From the human T2T-CHM13v2.0 reference genome, Homo sapiens, in assembly GCF_009914755.1 (NCBI RefSeq), contig NC_060930.1: DNA of 64,000 nucleotides; one strand, given 5' to 3'. Positions 59,831 to 64,000 of this stretch are shown here, piece after piece (positions within the stretch are counted from its first letter, which is position 1; each line of letters starts with the position of its first letter). The position numbers were made by a program, and so were the translations under genes. The notes under the pieces were generated by a model that had not been told where the DNA came from, did no database searches, and worked only from the letters and a program-made list of their open reading frames with translations.

Positions 59831-61162
59831 TTCTTTTCTTAAAACCTACATCCTGCCAACTTTCTAATTTTTGATGTAGATATTTACTATTATAAACTTT
59901 CCTCTTAATACTGCTTTAGCTGTGTTTCAGAGATTTTGGTATATTGTATCTTTGTTTTCGTTAATTTCAAGAAATTTCTTGATTTCTTCCTTAATTTCAT
60001 TCTTATCTAAAGTCATTCAGGAGCAGATTATTTGATTTCCATGTATTTGTATTGTTTAAGATATTGCTTGGTATTAATTTCTTTTCTTTTTTTTCCACTG
60101 TGGTCCAAGAGTATGGTTGGTATGATTCTGGTTTTTAAAATTTGTTGAGAATTCCTTTATGGCCAAACATATGATCAATCTTAGAGTATGTGCCACGTGC
60201 AGGTGAGAAGAACGTATATTCTGTTGTTGTTTGTGAAGTGTTCTACAGATGTCTGTTGTGTCCATTTAGTGAAGTATCATGTCTAGGTTTCAAATGTATT
60301 TGTTAGTTTTCTGTCTTGATGATCTGTCTGACCCTGCTAGTGAGGTGTTGAAGTCTCTCACCATTATTGTGTAGTTATCTAGGTCTCTTTATAGGCCTCT
60401 GAGAGCTTGTTTTATGAATCTGTGTGCTCCAGTGTTGGGTACATATATATTTAGGATAAACTCTCTAGTTGAATTGAACCCTTTATTATTGTGTAATGTT
60501 TCTTTGTCCTTTTTGATTGTTGTTGGTTTAAAGTGTATTTTTTTTCTCTAAAGTCAGAATAGTACCCCGTGCTCTTTTTTTGTTTTCTGTGTGCTTGATA
60601 GATTCCATCCCTTTCTTTGAGTCTATTGGTGTCATTATGTGTGAAATTGGTCTCTTGTAGACAACATACATTGAGTCTTCCTTCTTTATCTATCAATAAC
60701 TTGCCACTCTGTGCCTTTTATGTGGAGCATTTAGCCCATTTATGTTCAAGGTTAATATTGATATGTGAGGATTTGGTCCTGTCATTGTGTTGTTACCTGG
60801 TTGTTATATACACTTGATTGTATAATATCAATGGGCTCTGTACTTCAGTGTGTTTTCATGGTGGCAGGTAATGATCTTTTGTTTCTATGTTTAGCACTCC
60901 TTTAAGGACCTGTTGTAGGTTTTGTGATAGTGATTTCTCTTAGCATTTCATGTATGAAAAGAATTTTAATTCTCCTTTACTTATGAAACTTACTTTTGCT
61001 GGATATGAAATTCTTGAATGGAATTTCTTTTTTTTTTTAAGGATGCCGAATATAGGCCCCTAATCTCTTCTCACATATAAGCTTTCTGCTAAAACTTCCA
61101 CTGTTAGCCTAATGGGGTTCCCTTTGAATGTGTTCTAAACTTTTTTCTCTAGTTGCTTTTAA

Positions 61163-61994
<832 letters not shown>

Positions 61995-63110
61995 CTCTTT
62001 TTAATATTTTTTGTTTTGTGTTGACTTTGGAGAATCTGATAATTATGTGAGTTGGAGATGGTCATTCTATATAGTGTCTCACTGGGATTCTCTGAGTTTC
62101 CTAAATTTGTATGTCAACCTCTCTAGCAAGGTTGGAAAATTTTTGTAAACAATATCCTCAAATATGTTTTCCAAGTCACTGATCTCTCGTCCTCTATTTC
62201 TGGAATGCCTATATGTCATAGGCTTGATCTCTTTACATAATTCCGTACTTCTTAGAGGTTTTGTTTATTTAAAACATTCTTTTTGCTTTATTTTTTTTTC
62301 TGCATGCATTGATTCAAAAAAGTGGTCTTTAAGCTCTGAGATTCTTTCCTCTGTTTGGTCTATTCTGCTGTTAATATTTCTGATTGTATTATAAAGTTCT
62401 TGTAGTGATTTTTTTCAGCTCCAGAAGATCAGTCTGGTTCTGTCTTAAAATGTCTTTATCTTTCAGCTCTTGTATCATTTTATTGGATTCATTAGATTGC
62501 TTGGATTGGGTTTTAAATTTCTCCTGAATCTCAATCATCTTCATTGTCATCCAGATTCTGAATTCCGTATCTGTCATTTTAGCCATTTCAGCTTGGTTAA
62601 GAATCATTGCTTGGGAGCTAGTGAAAATAAGAAGATACTCTGGCTTTTAAAGTTGCCAGAATTCTTGCACTGGTTCTTTTTCTATTTGTGTGTGTTGCTG
62701 TTCCTTTAATCTTGAAGTTGCTGTCCTTTAGGTGGGGCCTTTTGCTTTTACGTTCTTTGGTGCCCTTGAGGGTTTGAATATGATATAAGTTGTGTGTAGT
62801 CAACTGGCTTCATTTCTGGATAATTTCAGGGATCCAAGGCTCAGCTAAGCACTCCTGGGCTCATGATCTAACCCTAGAGGACTGGGACAAAGCCCATAGC
62901 TATTTTTGTGGCCCCTGAAGGTTAAACACTTGCTGTGCTGCAGGGACCAAGGTGTTGCAAGTCCACTGGCAACAACACTCTGTTGGAGGGTGCTGACAAA
63001 AGCACTTTTGCAGGGTGGCAGAGGTTTCTGATTTCTGTGCGCACTAATGATAGGGCAGTGGTGGGTTCTGTGTACATGTGTGCCAACAGCAAGGTAGCAG
63101 CTAATTTAAG

Positions 63111-63393
63111 TCCAGGCACAGTCGCTCATGACTATAATCCCTGTGCCTAACAGCCAGTGTGAAAGGATTACTTGAGGCCAGGAGTTTGAGACAAGCTTGG
63201 GAAATATACTAAGATCCCATTTCTACAAAGAAAAAAATAGTTGGGTGTAGTGGTGTGCACCTGTAGTAGTAGCTACTCAGGACGCCGAGGCAGGAAGTTC
63301 ACTTGAGCCCAAGAGTTTGAATCTGCAGTGAACTGTGATTACACCACTGGGCGATGGAGTGAGACCCTGTCTATGAAAAACATACAAATAAAA
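63111..63393 (+). mobile_element. Decayed AluJ
   Basis: ggattacttgaggccaggagtttgag...cacttgagcccaagag; flanked by taatttaa. Confidence 0.85.
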
Positions 63394-63784
63394 ATAATTT
63401 AACCTAATCCCTAAATTTAAAAAGCCTTTTCCCCTCTCCAATTTTTCGGTGACTGAAAGAATCACTACTATTTTTTATTTTGCCATTGAATTCCAGTTTT
63501 ATACTTCTTTGATTATTGAGATATTCTCTCTATATATAGAATAAATTTTCCTCTTAAGAATTCAGCTTTCATTTTAATCAAGATTATACGTGTTTATTTT
63601 TTAAAGAGTCGGGTATTTCTACTGCACTTAGGAAAAACAGAAGACCTCTAAACACTTTACCCAAAGTTCTTCTAGAGGCAACTACTTTCAACTGTTGGCT
63701 AATTATTTTTGTTTTATGTATACCATTATAGAACACATAATTATACTGTAATTTTTTTTGAGTTGATGGCATTTTTTTAAATGT

Positions 63785-64000
63785 TATTTTTAAAAAATTA
63801 TTTCAATAGTTTTGGGGGAACAGGTTGTGTATGGTTATATGGATAAGTTCTTTAATGGTGATTTCTGAGATTTTGGCACGCCCATCACCAAGTGGTGTAC
63901 ACTGCACCCAATTTGTAATCATTTATCCCCCACCCCCCACCACACATCTGGAGTCTCCAGAGTCCATTATATCATTCTTATGCCATTGCATCCTCATAGC
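63785..64000 (-). mobile_element. L1PB-type 3' end running off the window
   Basis: tttcaatagttttgggggaacagg...ggtgatttctgagattttgg. Confidence 0.85.

Overview
Primate (most likely human) AT-rich genomic DNA; roughly two-thirds of the window is retroelement-derived. No host protein-coding gene could be recognised. It contains the 5' 2.3 kb of a young L1PA2/PA3-type LINE-1 with an intact ORF1, a full-length L1PA3, a full-length L1PA7/8 carrying a ~420-bp 3' transduction, long decayed L1PB, L1PA15-like and L1MA elements, about 12 Alus, MIR/L2/MaLR/hAT remnants, a polyadenylated TSD-flanked LTR10 (HERV-I-type) fragment, and a full-length RPL7 processed pseudogene inserted in an L1 ORF1. Many insertions are nested and can be ordered from their target-site duplications (TSDs). 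The most notable observations are L1-mediated retroposition of an ERV transcript end, two 3' transductions, several cis-templated micro-rearrangements inside repeats, L1 5'UTRs from before and after ZNF93 escape in the same window, and a few candidate exons or regulatory modules in the unique islands. I found no convincing new multi-gene system. Subfamily names come from remembered diagnostic sequences, not a RepeatMasker run.
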